In this document: in pieces, positions 1 through 12,125 of the stretch | Numbering within the stretch: position 1 is the first letter of the stretch | How the letters are laid out: each line of letters begins with the position of its first letter | NCBI RefSeq assembly: GCF_036321535.1 | Contig: NC_087436.1 | Coordinates: 24,492,001 to 24,556,000 of the forward strand | Length of the DNA: 64,000 bases | Source: Camelus dromedarius | Lineage: Eukaryota | Direction: 5' to 3' | Position numbers and translations under genes: made by a program | Notes under the pieces: generated by a model | Seen by the model: the letters and a program-made list of their open reading frames with translations, nothing else | Told to the model about the DNA's origin: nothing | The model's database searches: none

Positions 1-1310
1 TCCTTCCAGGTAACCCCAAGATTTTACGTGTACAATGTACTGAAAACCTCATTTGTTTCAAAAGTGGTTCTAATGTAGAATATCTGGATGAGCTATTCTG
101 GGGATCCCAACCTTAGCACTAAGATACCTAGTAAGCATAGCGCAGATGCCTTTGATGTGCAGCTCAGATCCACCTGTGTCCATTTAAAAAATGAAGGTCT
201 GATCGCTTATATGTGGAATCTTAAAAAAGGACACAAATGAACTATTTATAACTTAGATGATTGATTTCTTGAATATGTGCAAGCACATTTGACTGTCCTT
301 TATGACTGGATTACTGCATTCTGTTGATTCTTATTTTGTGGTTGGCTTTATTCCTTTGATAACTATGTAAATTTAAAAAGCTAAATCTCTAAACTGTTCT
401 TAGAAACAATGAACAGTACATGTGTAAATTTTAAAACGGTTTTATCTCAGTGAGTTGCTCTTCCTAGAATAAACTGTTTACCACCCCCCACCAAAACAGG
501 TCTGCATGTAAAGGGATAGTGTGGGCACCACATTAACAGTATTGAAAGATCAAATCAACTCTCAGATTCTTTTTGCATTAAAAAGACAAGATATTAAAAA
601 CACTAGCTTTGAAAGACCATTTATTAATCTTGAATATTTACAACTCATGGATTAAAATACTTTTAATTTATTACCATTAGGCTATTTTGGGTGATTTTGT
701 TTGAAAGGGGCTTTACCTGTTACCTATACCATTTTGATTTCTGATGGAAGAGAATTCTGGGCTGTTTTTCTAACTTTATATCCTTCTTTCTAGAATTTTT
801 GAACCAGTAAACTTAGTAAATTTTAACGACAACCTCATTAACAGGCTAGAAATAGTTTCCCATCTCTGAAAAGGTCCCGACTTTTTAGCCACTGCCACAT
901 AAAAGCTCCCAAATAACCTACTGTGAAAAGCACATACCATTACAAATAATGGCACTAAGTGACCTCAAACACACACCACAACCATTCTGATGGAAAACTG
1001 GAAATGTATAACACTGATTAAATAATGAAGACTGGCAGTGGACTCACTTAAAGAAACACAGTAATAGGGAACATGGAGGCAAAGCAAGGATTCATGAAGA
1101 ACCTATCAAGGAGAACTGATACTCCATTTAAATAACAAAAACCCCTCTAGGTTAAACAGTTTCTTTGTACACTACGATTGTTAGACCCTAAGTAAAAACA
1201 TCTTTAAAGCTTTAAGAAAATTTCTATAAATTACTCTATAACTTAATGTTTTGCATGGTTTTAAAATGTTCATACTGCTTTAATTTACTTAATTTTACAT
1301 GAAGATATAA

Positions 1311-1366
1311 AAAATAAATATTGCCATGCATAACTTGCTGACATTTAAAAAACCACAAATAAATAA
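1311..1366 (-). promoter_or_regulatory. AU-rich elements (UUAUUUAUU at 1366-1358; UAUUUAUUUU at 1320-1311)
   Basis: Canonical ARE nonamer in the 3' UTR of an immediate-early/circadian gene. Confidence 0.55.
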
Positions 1367-1542
1367 CTTGCAGTGGTGTCTACAGAAACTACTCCTGCAT
1401 ACTTATTGTTAGTTATGGAGGACTCAAGCAAGTCTATTTTTATATAGCATCCTCAACTGAAAAAGCTTCAAAACAAGCCTAACATAATGCCCTTAAATGA
1501 TCAAGAAAATGCTACAGGGAAGAAAACAGTACAAACCAAAAC

Positions 1543-1549
1543 TGGAGTG
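1543..1549 (-). promoter_or_regulatory. miR-122-5p 7mer-A1 seed site (CACUCCA) in NOCT 3' UTR
   Basis: Plus strand TGGAGTG 1543-1549; miR-122 regulation of nocturnin is reported in mouse liver. Confidence 0.6.
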
Positions 1550-1753
1550 CAAACACCTTTTTTGCCGTAGGTTTTAATGGAAAGGGGTTGTGAGCTATGG
1601 GGTTCCTTCCCGAGGGCATGCTGGAAACACGGAAAGTGAAGCTGGGGAAACTGGGAATCCTTCCTTGGTCAACTTCTTATCCTACTTCAGTTTCCTGAAA
1701 CATCCCTGGTTAAAACTCCTGTGATTAAAAAGACAAGCACTTATAAAAGTCCA

Positions 1754-2577
1754 TCAAGGTTCCTCATTAAAGCTGAAGTCACACACTAGAGACAGGTGGT
1801 CTGAAGGGTAATTGAAGGATGGTAGGCGGTTGGGTCCGATCTGTTCCTCAGTGAGCAAATCCAGAGCCGAGCACACACTGAGAGCATGCTTGGAATACCA
1901 GATGTAGTCCAGGGTGTGGCGGCACTCCCCCGAGGTCCGGATCTTCCAGGTCGTGTACGGGGGCTCCGACTGCCCGTCAGCACTCAGCAGCTTGTAGGCG
2001 CTGTTCAGGTTGAGGCTGGAGGAAGCAAAGTGTTTGTAGACCTCCTCCGTGGGCTCTGCATTGAAGTCCCCACAAACAATAAGGGGAATCTTGGCTCCTT
2101 GGGTGATGTTCTGCAGGTTCTGGAGAAGGTCACAGCCTTGAGCTGATCGAAATCGCTCCCAGCCAGTACGTGCTTTTAAGTGGGTGACGGCGATGCAGAA
2201 CTGTCGGCTGGACTCCTTGCACTCCAGCGTCTGGGCGATGGCCACCTGATTGGTTTTCAGAGTCATGGCTGTCAGCCTGATGTTGGCACTGTTGACCAGC
2301 TTGAATCGGTTCTGAAGAAAAAACAGGGCACAGCCATCCGGCCCGTTGTTGTGTTCTACGTCTAGACACGGTGACCAAGGCTTGGGGAAGAATGTGCCTT
2401 GATAGCCCAGTCTACTGAGAAGTGGGTGGAAGGTGTCAAAATAGTGGTCCACCTCTTGGAGGCACAGGATATCAGGCTGGTAGGCTAGGATTTCTTCCAG
2501 GATGAGACACTTCCTTTCTTCCCACTTGAGTGCTTCGATAGGGCACTGGACAAAGTTGTCTTTGCCTTCTCCAAGAG
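1754..2577 (-). CDS. NOCT: Nocturnin coding exon 3, catalytic EEP domain (LCLQEVDH, THLKA, GDFN, LDYIWY, PSDH); stop TGA 1756-1754
   Basis: Acceptor ttctttatttcag (AG 2579-2578); 824 nt; 190+273+824=1287 nt=428 aa+stop; all EEP catalytic motifs present. Confidence 0.98.
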
Positions 2578-3688
2578 CTGAAATAAAGAAGCCAGTCAGC
2601 TGTCAGCTACTAAGAACCATGACTTCTAGTACCTGGGAGTCACCTTAGGTTTGCTGCTACCTTCCGGTGCTTCCTCTGCTTCGGATGCTTTGGGTGATTC
2701 TTCTCTATTACTGCACTGATCTGGCGAACTAAATAAATAACCCTTTCCCATCCAGATGGAGCAAACAACAGATTTTCTTTCATATTAAAACTATTTCATG
2801 TCACTACATTCTGGGACATAAGAGTTTAAATTTTAGCCTTAAACAGGGCTCTCTGCATTCCCAGCGATCTAAACTACATCATATGAAATAAATATATTCA
2901 ACTCTATATACTGAGTTCAACACTGACTATAAGTCATATCAGGTCTATATGGACACCACTCAGAAGAAATGACGCCTATTTTAAATAGGCATCTTTTCCT
3001 GTTTATGGATGAAAAGCTGGGGAAAAAAAAGCATCAAAGGTTGGAAACTCAGGGCATAAGAAAAGGGGGTGAAAGGTGACCCCAGTTCCTCTTAAAATAT
3101 CAACTGCTGCACAATAGGCAATACAACAGTAAGTTGACTTACACACCTGCTTTTAATTCAGCAGACCCAGGAAAGGCTTCCTTGCTACCAGATCAAAGTA
3201 GTATCTTGGTGAACAGAAAGCTGAAGCAACATCTCTTTGGCATCAGGTTATAAAGATAACACTGGGATGAGAATCTGGCTACAAGAGTACCTAGCCACAG
3301 CTCCCAGCGCATTCAGTAGACTCAGTTTCTAGCAAATGTTATCCTAGTGTAGTGCTGTGGACTGAAAGCTGGAGACAACAGAAAGTTTGAGGCTGATAAA
3401 GACAGGGTCCTTTAAATCTAGGTGTGCTGTGAAGCACACAGACTTTCACTGCACTCAATAGACAGCCTACAAGCTGGAGGGTATGGAATCCATTGGGATT
3501 TGATGGTGAAAACCAGATGACTCCCTTTCCTAACCTCCCCCTCTGGAGCTCCCCCTGCTGCCCTGGTCACCGCCCCTCCTGCACCTCGGACTGCCCACGC
3601 CTCTTCCCTCCACATCACACCTCAGTGCATCGGGACGTGCAAAAGCAGGAAGGCAATCACAGCTCAGCTGCAGACTCATCAGGCATAC

Positions 3689-3961
3689 CTTGGGCGAGGA
3701 TGTTCCACTGCATGACCCTAATAGGTGGGTGGTGGCTACTGGGGCAGTCTGCCCTCAGATCCACAAAATCCCTCTGGAAGCGGGGAGGGCGAGTGTGCAG
3801 GACAGCCCTGCATTCCTCGAGGAGCTCTTTAGGATCAATGGGCTCCAGATGTTCTGGGTCAGGTGCCACCAAATACTCTGGGTGCTGGGAGGCGGCGCTG
3901 CTGTTCAGTGTCTTGGCGAGAGCACTATAGAGTCTGCTCGTACCGTTTCCCATGGAATACA
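3689..3961 (-). CDS. NOCT: Nocturnin coding exon 2 (VYSMGNGTSRLYSALAK...IRVMQWNILAQ), includes second initiator Met67
   Basis: Acceptor tccctgtag (AG 3963-3962), donor AAG|GTATGC (GT 3688-3687); 273 nt, phase 1 to phase 1; EEP motif WNILAQ. Confidence 0.97.
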
Positions 3962-5739
3962 CTACAGGGAAGGAAAGCACAGTTACACACGCAGCTTCTT
4001 TGCCTGCCTTTCTTCCATTTTCATCCAGCTCAGCTACAAGATAAAGCATTTACTGCCCAAAGCCAAGAGCTCAATTTAGGGCGATGTTGTCACATGTAAA
4101 GCCAGCTCCACACAGTGGAGTGAAGGAGTTTCCAGAGTCTCACTTCTCACTAGGACAAGCACTTGAAATACTACTGTTGAAATACCTCAATCTCTATGGC
4201 TTATTTGAATCTAGAATTTGTCTTTATAATTTATAAACCCCGTCATATGAAAGCATGGCTAAACCAAATCCACACTCTTTTGTCTACGTATTGTAGTAAG
4301 AACTCGAAGTCCAGTTTGTAAAGAGGGAAATGACCGAAAGCCCAGTTAGTCCTGGAGAAGAGCTGAGGTGAAAGCAGGCTGCTGCTCCAGCCACGGCATC
4401 TCTGCTATGGGACTAGGTCCAGACCCCATCTCTCGTAGATGTTAACCCGACGTCAGGGCTCTGGCTCTCTGCAGAATTCTGTGAACATCACCGAGCAATG
4501 TAGTCTGTAATCTAATATCAATTGCCAGATGTTTTAAAAATCAGAAAAGGGGATGGTGAAGGGGTAAGCGACAGTTGTCCGCATTTCCTGGGATCCTGGG
4601 GGGAAAGGGTGAGGAGAGGGGCAGGAAGCACTGCTTCAGTACATTTTTATGTTAACTAGATTTGAATTCACTGACAGTGCACAACCTTCAAGGAATTAGC
4701 TTGAGGAGAGCTGTACCTGCCACTTCACGGGGAAGTAGCTGATAGCTCTTTTAGGTCAACCCTGTTTTCTCTTCATTATAGTGTAAATTAGGGGCAGGTT
4801 TTACTTGAACAATATCTAAGATTGTGTGCATGAAGAATCCTGGTACAGAGGAATCTGCATTCCCCTACCCCAACCATGTCTTGCCCTTTCTTGAAAGACA
4901 CCAAGTCTTCTTCATAAAACATTATTTGGCAGGCAATCAAGTTCACTGGAGCAGGTCACAAAAGCAAATTCAAATATTCACCAAGTGTCCTTAAACACCA
5001 AAGTCAACAAGCATGCAAGCATGCTCTCTATGGTTCCTTTTCATCAACAAGTAGTTCCCCAACCCACCCTCCAACTATAAATCTAGATTAAGGCAAAGAA
5101 ATGCAAACCAGTTTTCCCAACATACATCTTTGTGTTCGTGCAACTAACTGCAAGCAAGTCTGCTCTTCTCACAAGCACACATGCGCAAAACCACGCACAC
5201 ACGTTTCCAAACTGTTCGAATGGAATATATACAGTTCTTTTTCACCAATTTGCTTGCCTATCTGAGTACATGAGTCCAAAGAAGAGATTTCTTGGCTGGC
5301 AGTATAACTTTGAAAATCTTCCTTTTCTATTAAAAAAAAAAAAAAATCAGTGAAAGGTCCTACTGGTTTCTCAAGTGTGGTTTCGAGATGAGCAGCATCA
5401 GCATCACCCCAGCGGTGGACCAGACTGACAGAGTGCGCCGCAGCCAGCAAACACAGGCACCACGGTGTGCAACAAACGGCAGTATTTGATATCTGTCAGG
5501 CTCTAAGCAGACTACCAGCTTGATTTGATCCAGTTTCAACAGGATTGCTCTACATCCTTTTGATGGCATCATATCTTTGCCAAGCTGAGTTTTGGGGTGG
5601 TTACTCTGATAAAAAGCAAGTATGTGAAAATGTGTGTGAAAAAGACGCAATAGGGTCCAATAGGTGTCAAAGGTTTGAACAGTCCTGTGAAGCCAGAAAA
5701 ACTCCTGAACCACACTTCCTTCTAAAAACTTAGAAAACC

Positions 5740-6800
5740 TTCACAGAAAGTGAATAAGAAGCAGAATAACATCCGTTTAGACAGTGAAAGCATGCCAGAA
5801 AGACATGATCAAAACTGTATCCTATTGCAAAACAATCTAAGTCATTGAGAAAATGACAGAATAGCTTCAATCAGAATTAGAAAACACAGGCCGAGGCAAC
5901 AAAAAGGATTTATAACAAAAAAATAACAAAAAGAAATGAGATAAAGTATTTGAGAGACAGTGGCAAATATTATGTTATTATATTAAGATACAACATATGG
6001 TAACAAAGGTTCATGTATTGGAAAAACCAATGCAAGGAAATAAAATAAATACTAAAAACTAAATCAAGAATACTTGAATCAAGAACCAAGAGTACAAAGT
6101 TTCATTCATGCAGGATGAAGTTCTGGAGTGTTAACATACAGCATGGTGACTACAGTTAGTAACATTGTGCTGTATTCTTAAAATCTCCTAAGAGCAGATC
6201 TTAAGTGATCTTGCCCACCCACTAAACACACACAACAATGTGAGTGACATGTTAATTAGCTCGACTGAGGTAATCATTTCACAAGGTATCCAAATAATAC
6301 ATTACGTGGTGTGTCTTAAATACATACAATTATTATTTGTTAAATACACCTCAATAAAGCTGGAAAAAATTAAAATGAACTGTTTAAAAGGGAAAAATTA
6401 ATTATGAGGCAAAAAAACATGCATCGTGGACATACTCAAACCATCAACACATAAAGGTCTGCCTTATCTTTATTATTCTAAAAAGAATTTTTTTTTAATA
6501 CTTGAAACTATTTATTGAAAAAACACATCACATACCTGAGAATATCAACCAAGAATGACCAACACCAACTGGACTGTAAAGAAAAAGAAAGAAATCCCTT
6601 TGGCATCTGGGCAAAAACAGCAGGTAACTTAGAGTATCTATCACCAGACTTCAACTGCAGTGTTTCATATCAGAAGAAAATGAAGTTACATATCTGAACT
6701 GACAAACTATATACATAACTAAAGTGTATGATGTGTATATATATGGCTTATCTACATGTGAGTCTAGGATTTTATATCCAGCGAAACTAAATATTGACTC
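5740..6800 (+). mobile_element. Old L1/HAL1 ORF1-region remnant interrupted by an L1M 3'-end fragment (about 6085-6380)
   Basis: A-rich L1-like sequence; typical L1 3' UTR (gtgactacagttagtaacattgtgctgtattc...aataaagctggaaaaa). Confidence 0.6.
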
Positions 6801-6823
6801 CATGAGCCCTTAGTGCAGAAACT

Positions 6824-7007
6824 ACTAGACTAGGGATGCAGACTGCAGCCGGATGTATTTCTGTACAGTTCTCAAGCTAAGAATGGTTTTACACACACAC
6901 CCACGCACATAGACACACACTGTGTGACAGGATCATTTTTAGCCTTCAAAGCCTAAATGTTTGCTATCCTGCCCTTTTCAGAAAAATCTTGCCACTCTTG
7001 GAACTAG
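6824..7007. mobile_element. MER58A-like hAT MITE
   Basis: aagctaagaatggttttac...gcctaaatgtttgctatcctgcccttttcagaaaaa resembles MER58. Confidence 0.6.
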
Positions 7008-7652
7008 ACAACAAGCCTTAGACCAAATGACCAGAAATATTGATAAGAACAAGGTGGTACTATATTAAATATATAGCTGCTTAGAAAATAAAATCTAAAT
7101 GAGGTTAAAAGAGAGTACAATAAGGGCTATGTGATCGAATAGTGAACAAAGATTTAGTAGGACCAAACAAAGAGCATGTGTTGGTGGGGGAGCAGGGACC
7201 AAAGAGGAAAGCATATTTAACTGTGATCATAGTAATGTAGTATTAGAATCGTTATTCTGAGACTGTTGTGCAGATGTGAGATGAAGCAAACTGGATATTC
7301 TAATCCCATCATTCCTTGTGGTCCTTTTTTGGTTTGGTTTTGGAAATACATTTATAAGCTATTAGCAACAACACTCGAGGAAAACATTCCTGTTAAAGCT
7401 AGCTCATTTTAGACCCATAGTGAATTATTAAATCTTGTCATCCATCTTATTTGTGACTGAATGACTTTTGGTAGTTTTCAAAAATTAAATCTACCATCAA
7501 AAGAAAAGGTTTTGCAGCAAAAAGATGAAGGACATACTGCAGCATGGGCTACAGTACTAGGTCCTTTATAATTCCAGTCCCAGCTCTACCACTGTTGAGC
7601 TTTTCCACATTCTCTAGACCTGCTTACAGAGCCTCTAAAACGAGGGCTTGTT

Positions 7653-7935
7653 CCCTGGGAACTATATTCAACATCCTATAATAAACCATAATGGAAAACT
7701 GTGCATGTGTACCTATATATATATAACTGAAACACTATGCTTACACCAGAAACTAACATGGTAAATCAATTATACTTCAATTTAAAAAATAAAAAAAAAA
7801 AAAAAATAGGGGAGAGGGTATAGCTGAAGTGGTAGAGTAGGCTCAATCCCCAGTTCCTCCATTGAAAAACCAAAATAAATCTAATTACCTCCACCCGCAA
7901 AAAACAAAATTAAGAAAAAAAAAACCAAAAAAATT
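7653..7935 (+). mobile_element. 5'-truncated L1 3' end (7653-7806) plus internally deleted tRNA-Ala SINE (7808-7935) in its tail
   Basis: Flanked by TSD aaaacgagggcttgtt 7637-7652 / aagatgagggcttgtt 7936-7951. Confidence 0.8.
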
Positions 7936-9254
7936 AAGATGAGGGCTTGTTAAGTGACCATAATTTCTTTAAGATTATTTGGAAAATGCACCTAGGTTAA
8001 AACTGGTAGCAACTTCAAAATAATCTCTACTACTTGCACTGGAGGAACATACATCTCTATCAAGAAAACTTGAATGTTACTCAGAATGACTTTTATTCCC
8101 CTCAAATTTGAGACCTCAAATGGACAATCTGTCATCTGTGATAACAGTACTCCGTGCGGAGTATTACTGAGGACTGTCTTTAAAAGTTTTACTAACATAG
8201 AACTTTTGCTCTTGTTTCACCACAGATTTACTTACCCAAGAAAGGGGTAATTAGGTTAAATTTTGACTGAGACTGGGTAGAGAGGAATGGTTTGGGAGTA
8301 TTTACCTGTCCCTGTTCCTCCAATCTTGTAGGAAACCCAAAGATAGTCCCCAAGATGGACCAATGCAAGCCTGAATACCAGATTACTTAGTGACAAAGCG
8401 GCCTGGGACATGCCTTCTGATACCAAAGTATCTGGTCATCAGGCAACAAATCACCCTGTTGCACGGTGAGCATGGAATCAAGACAGGGAGACACAATGGT
8501 CCTGAAAGATGTTCCTGCTGGTCTGCCTCCCAGACAGTGGACTCTGCTCCCACTGTGCACGCCGCGCTCTGTCCACCTCCGCAGTTCACTCTCCTGGCCG
8601 GTTGTCTCTGGTAAAACTAGTATCTGCGATCTAATCCAACCTCACAGTCCTCAGTATGTTAATTTTACATTCTTATTTCCCTATTCTCTGAGTTTGGGAA
8701 GGGCACTTCATATCTATAAAACATGAGCTGACCTTTTCAAGAAGGTAACAAGTTTTTGGCAGAGATTAATACACGTGAATAACAAAAGTGAGTGGATACT
8801 GTGTGGAATGGGCTAGGGTATAGGAAGGGCTAAAACAGTCAGGATGGGTAAGAATAATCAGAAAAAGACTTAAAAAATAGGACTAAGAGAATCACCCCTA
8901 ATTCCTGAGGACACCACTCACTTGGTCGTAGGTGGCCACCATAACCCCCGCCTCACTCACACACACACACACACTTGCCACCACTCTGGCCCACTGGAGA
9001 TGCTCATTTATTATACAAGATGCTCAAGGAAGTCTCACTAAAAGATGGAAGTTGAGAGACCTGAATGTGGTAAGGACACCAGTCTTATAGAAGAAATCCA
9101 AGAACACTCTGAGCAGGGGGAAGAGCAAATGCCAGAGTTAAAAAAAAAGGCCCTGAGAAAGGAACATGCTTGGCAAGGCTGCGGTCCGGCCAAAGGATGA
9201 GTGACAGAATGAAGAGAAGATGAAGCCCGAGGGTAGCTCACAGACCCTAGGTGG

Positions 9255-10400
9255 TGTCTGAGACCCTTCTGCAGGAGGGCATGACCAAACTCTTCCCACA
9301 ACACAAGACACCATTTGCCATTTTCACTGTGCTGGTCTTTGCTTTGCCTGCAGCCGTGGTGAGGCTGCTGTGTCCGCACAAATCCAGCAGCAGCTCCGGG
9401 CTCCACCAGTAGCTGCTGTGCTCTCCACCACCACACATGGGTTTTTCTTTTTGCTAATGCCAGTTTTACTTTAAAATGTCCTTAATTAGGCAGTAATAAG
9501 TACTTTTGTTAAATATAGAGTCTTGGTGACGTTTTTAGTATGTGACAAAATGAAAAGTCCACACAAACACTTTTGCTGCAAAATGAACTTGCCCCGGTCT
9601 TCACAGAACACCATCTTTACCTCCACAAACTGACAAACTACAGTTAACCAGACCTGGATGTCAGACAGAAACTAAAGTGTATGATGTGAACCTGTCACTT
9701 TAAGGAAAACAATGGACAGCATTTGGGTCAACGATAAAAATCTCCCAGTGAAAATTTCGCAAAACATGTCTGCCATCAGGAGCTGGACAAGATGGGTGGT
9801 GATCTTACTTAAGGTTATTTTTATACTGTATAACCCAGTTAACCAACATTTCCCATACCACTAACACAAAATTACACATGGGCAAAAGACCCATTCAAAG
9901 TGCCAGGCAAATCAGTGGATTACAGGGTAACAGAATACAAATAGTTCATTCATCTGGTATCAGATTCCACACTGCAAATAAATACAGAAAACAAAGAATG
10001 ATTTTCTTAAAAGGCTGTTAAAACTTTTTTCCAACTACGTTTCTGTGAGAGACTGGATTGTCTTCATTTATTTTAACAAAAACAACATATCACAACAGAT
10101 TGAAGGGAGATTATGAGAATACAGATGTCTCTTATTAAGCCAGACTTTTAAAGAGATTTCCAAAAATGTCAAACAATGTCACTCTTTTCACTAATTTCTC
10201 TTTGTTTTGGAAAAGCTATTTTTTCCACAAAAATGTTACTTATGTTAACCCTGACTTTATTACTAAATTAAATGACTTGATAAGCATTTTAAAATTCTCA
10301 AGTTTACTATTTACATGATATACATATCATATATTACGTTATATATTAACCCATATAAACAAACTGTGGGGCACTCAATAGTTTTCACTAATGTCCAGAA
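9255..10400. mobile_element. Charlie1-like hAT DNA transposon remnant
   Basis: Recognisable segments such as ccattcaaagtg...cagattccacactgcaa and ttattaagccagac. Confidence 0.7.
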
Positions 10401-10515
10401 AATGTCTATGCTGGATTAACCGTCATCAAAGTGTGGACATCCTGTTCGGGGACATAAACAGAGCAATCCCCTGGGAAGAAAATGAGAACTTTTCCATCTA
10501 AAAAAGATGAAATGA

Positions 10516-10655
10516 GGGGGGAAGGGAAGGTATAGCTCAAGTGGTGGAGTGCATGCTTAGCATACAAAAGGTCCTGGGTTCAATCCCCAGTACCTCAAAA
10601 AAAATAAATAAATAAATAAAAATAAACCTAATTATCCCCCCCAAAAAAGTAAAAT
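10516..10655 (+). mobile_element. tRNA-Ala-derived SINE (vic-1-like)
   Basis: ggtatagctcaagtggtggag...gtcctgggttcaatccccagtacctc with A/B boxes and A-rich tail. Confidence 0.9.
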
Positions 10656-11689
10656 TAAGACACAATGAAATAATAAAGTAGGCATGTCTATAATTCATAC
10701 AGACACAGAGCACATAACCAAATTTGTTTCAAACTGACAGCCTCTGACCACCAAATGTGGGACGCCACTGCTGCAAGCTGTCTCCACAGACCAGTACTAC
10801 CTCCAATCATGGATCACTTCCCCTCACCTTTATCCCATCATTCCTAATATCCAACCTAGACTCTATACCTCAAAAATAGTCTTCTCAGGAAGTCAGGTTA
10901 CTGAATCAAATCAGAAGGGATTTGGGGAAGTCCCAATTCTTCCTGACTTCAGTTCTTTTCTGCTTCTAGCCCAAGGAACAAATGAACTTACTCAGTTACT
11001 TCTCAACACAAAACTTTCTGGTAACATACAGACATCAGTTCAAAGTACAAAACACCGGCTAGGGAATTAGGAACTAAAAGCGGACACTATGAGGACTCCA
11101 CATGCTGTTTTTTTACTTATAATCCTGTAAACCAAGGCTCAGATCCACCTAAGGTAGTAAGGCAATTTATGTAGATTTGAGGACAAAGGAAGGCTGAAGA
11201 CTGGGGCACCCTCCTGTCCCTCTCCCATCCTAAGAATGATTCCAGTGACAACTAGTGACTGCTGAATGCTTACTATGCACCACTCACAAATTCTGCTTGC
11301 TTCGACTGTGGTATTTTCAAGTAATTCTCACCACAGTCCTCTGATTATGCCACTCTGATTATGCCTCTATAAAAGGGGTGGGCAATTATAACTGAGTAAC
11401 AATTGTTACAACCTAGTAACAATTCCCATTGTCTCTCACCTGTTTTAAAAAATAATCACTTTCGAGTATCAACCATTAAAAAAAATCCTTTTCACACATA
11501 AATCAGACACATGTTTGATTCCAAGACTGCTTTCTACTGAAGTTTTATGCCTTAATAGGTGCTGCCATTTAGGGCTTTAAAACGATTGTCTAAAGTTCAG
11601 AATAGTAACATGGAAAGCCACTTTCCCGAAGGGAGGCAGCACAAACAATTCACCCAGATGGTAGCTTAAGATACTGGAACATATTATTT

Positions 11690-11754
11690 ATTATTATTTT
11701 TAATTTTATTGAGTTACAATCAGTTTACAACGTTGTGTCAATTTCTGGTGTATG
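11690..11754 (-). mobile_element. Severely truncated L1 3' tail
   Basis: TSD tggaacatattattt 11675-11689 / tggaatgtattattt 11755-11769. Confidence 0.65.
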
Positions 11755-12089
11755 TGGAATGTATTATTTCTTGACAAAACCTCTGCTGAACTTAACTGGC
11801 ACTCATACTGGCTTCTAGGTCCAATATAATGTGTTTGGAGATGGGCTATTTTTTATTTGACTCCATATTATATTCGGTTTTTGCCCCAAATTAATTTTCC
11901 CCAGACAGTTTACTAGATCGCAGTATCAGGCATCATTCTCAATGTAATACATACACATGATATAATCTACACAGGCAAAAGGCCAATGAAAGCAGCTGAA
12001 ATTCTCATGTAGCTGCACTGCTCCCATTGCTTGCCATTTCCCAGTTCTGTATTTCCAAATACACACAAAACTGGATGCCTGCATTCCAT

Positions 12090-12090
12090 C

Positions 12091-12124
<34 letters not shown>
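12090..12124. repeat. (ATG)n microsatellite, about 11 units
   Basis: Read directly. Confidence 0.95.

Positions 12125-12125
<1 letters not shown>

Larger units (their letters stand above)
600..1753 (-). other. NOCT: NOCT 3' UTR with candidate proximal (ATTAAA 1284-1279) and distal (AATAAA 672-667, 625-620) poly(A) signals
   Basis: AT-rich non-repeat sequence after the stop; hexamers read directly; the end actually used cannot be determined from DNA. Confidence 0.6.

Noticed and set aside
1550..1557. mRNA GGUGUUUG next to the miR-122 site is identical to the 3' end of miR-122
   Set aside because: Identity rather than complementarity gives no pairing; most likely coincidence
1786..2378. Overlapping alternative-frame and antisense ORFs over exon 3 (1786-1983, 1886-2146, 2130-2378, 2180-2365)
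   Set aside because: Shadow ORFs of a GC-rich coding exon, with no recognisable domains
3657..4049. ORF-track start MLYLVAELDENG extending exon 2
   Set aside because: Runs through the polypyrimidine tract and AG acceptor at 3963-3962, so it is intronic
3493..4099. Plus-strand ORFs of 145, 129 and 78 aa over exon 2
   Set aside because: Antisense shadows of NOCT exon 2, with no protein-like features
8772..8777. Isolated CACGTG E-boxes (8772, 42628, 60979) and CRE-like GACGTCA (4449, 12795)
   Set aside because: Single short motifs at roughly chance frequency, one inside an L1; no supporting context
10516..10600. tRNA-Ala(AGC)-like sequences here and at 26.5, 37.1, 47.1, 47.4, 53.9, 57.0 and 63.1 kb as tRNA genes
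   Set aside because: Extra 5' leader, stem mismatches, A-rich tails and TSDs show they are SINEs
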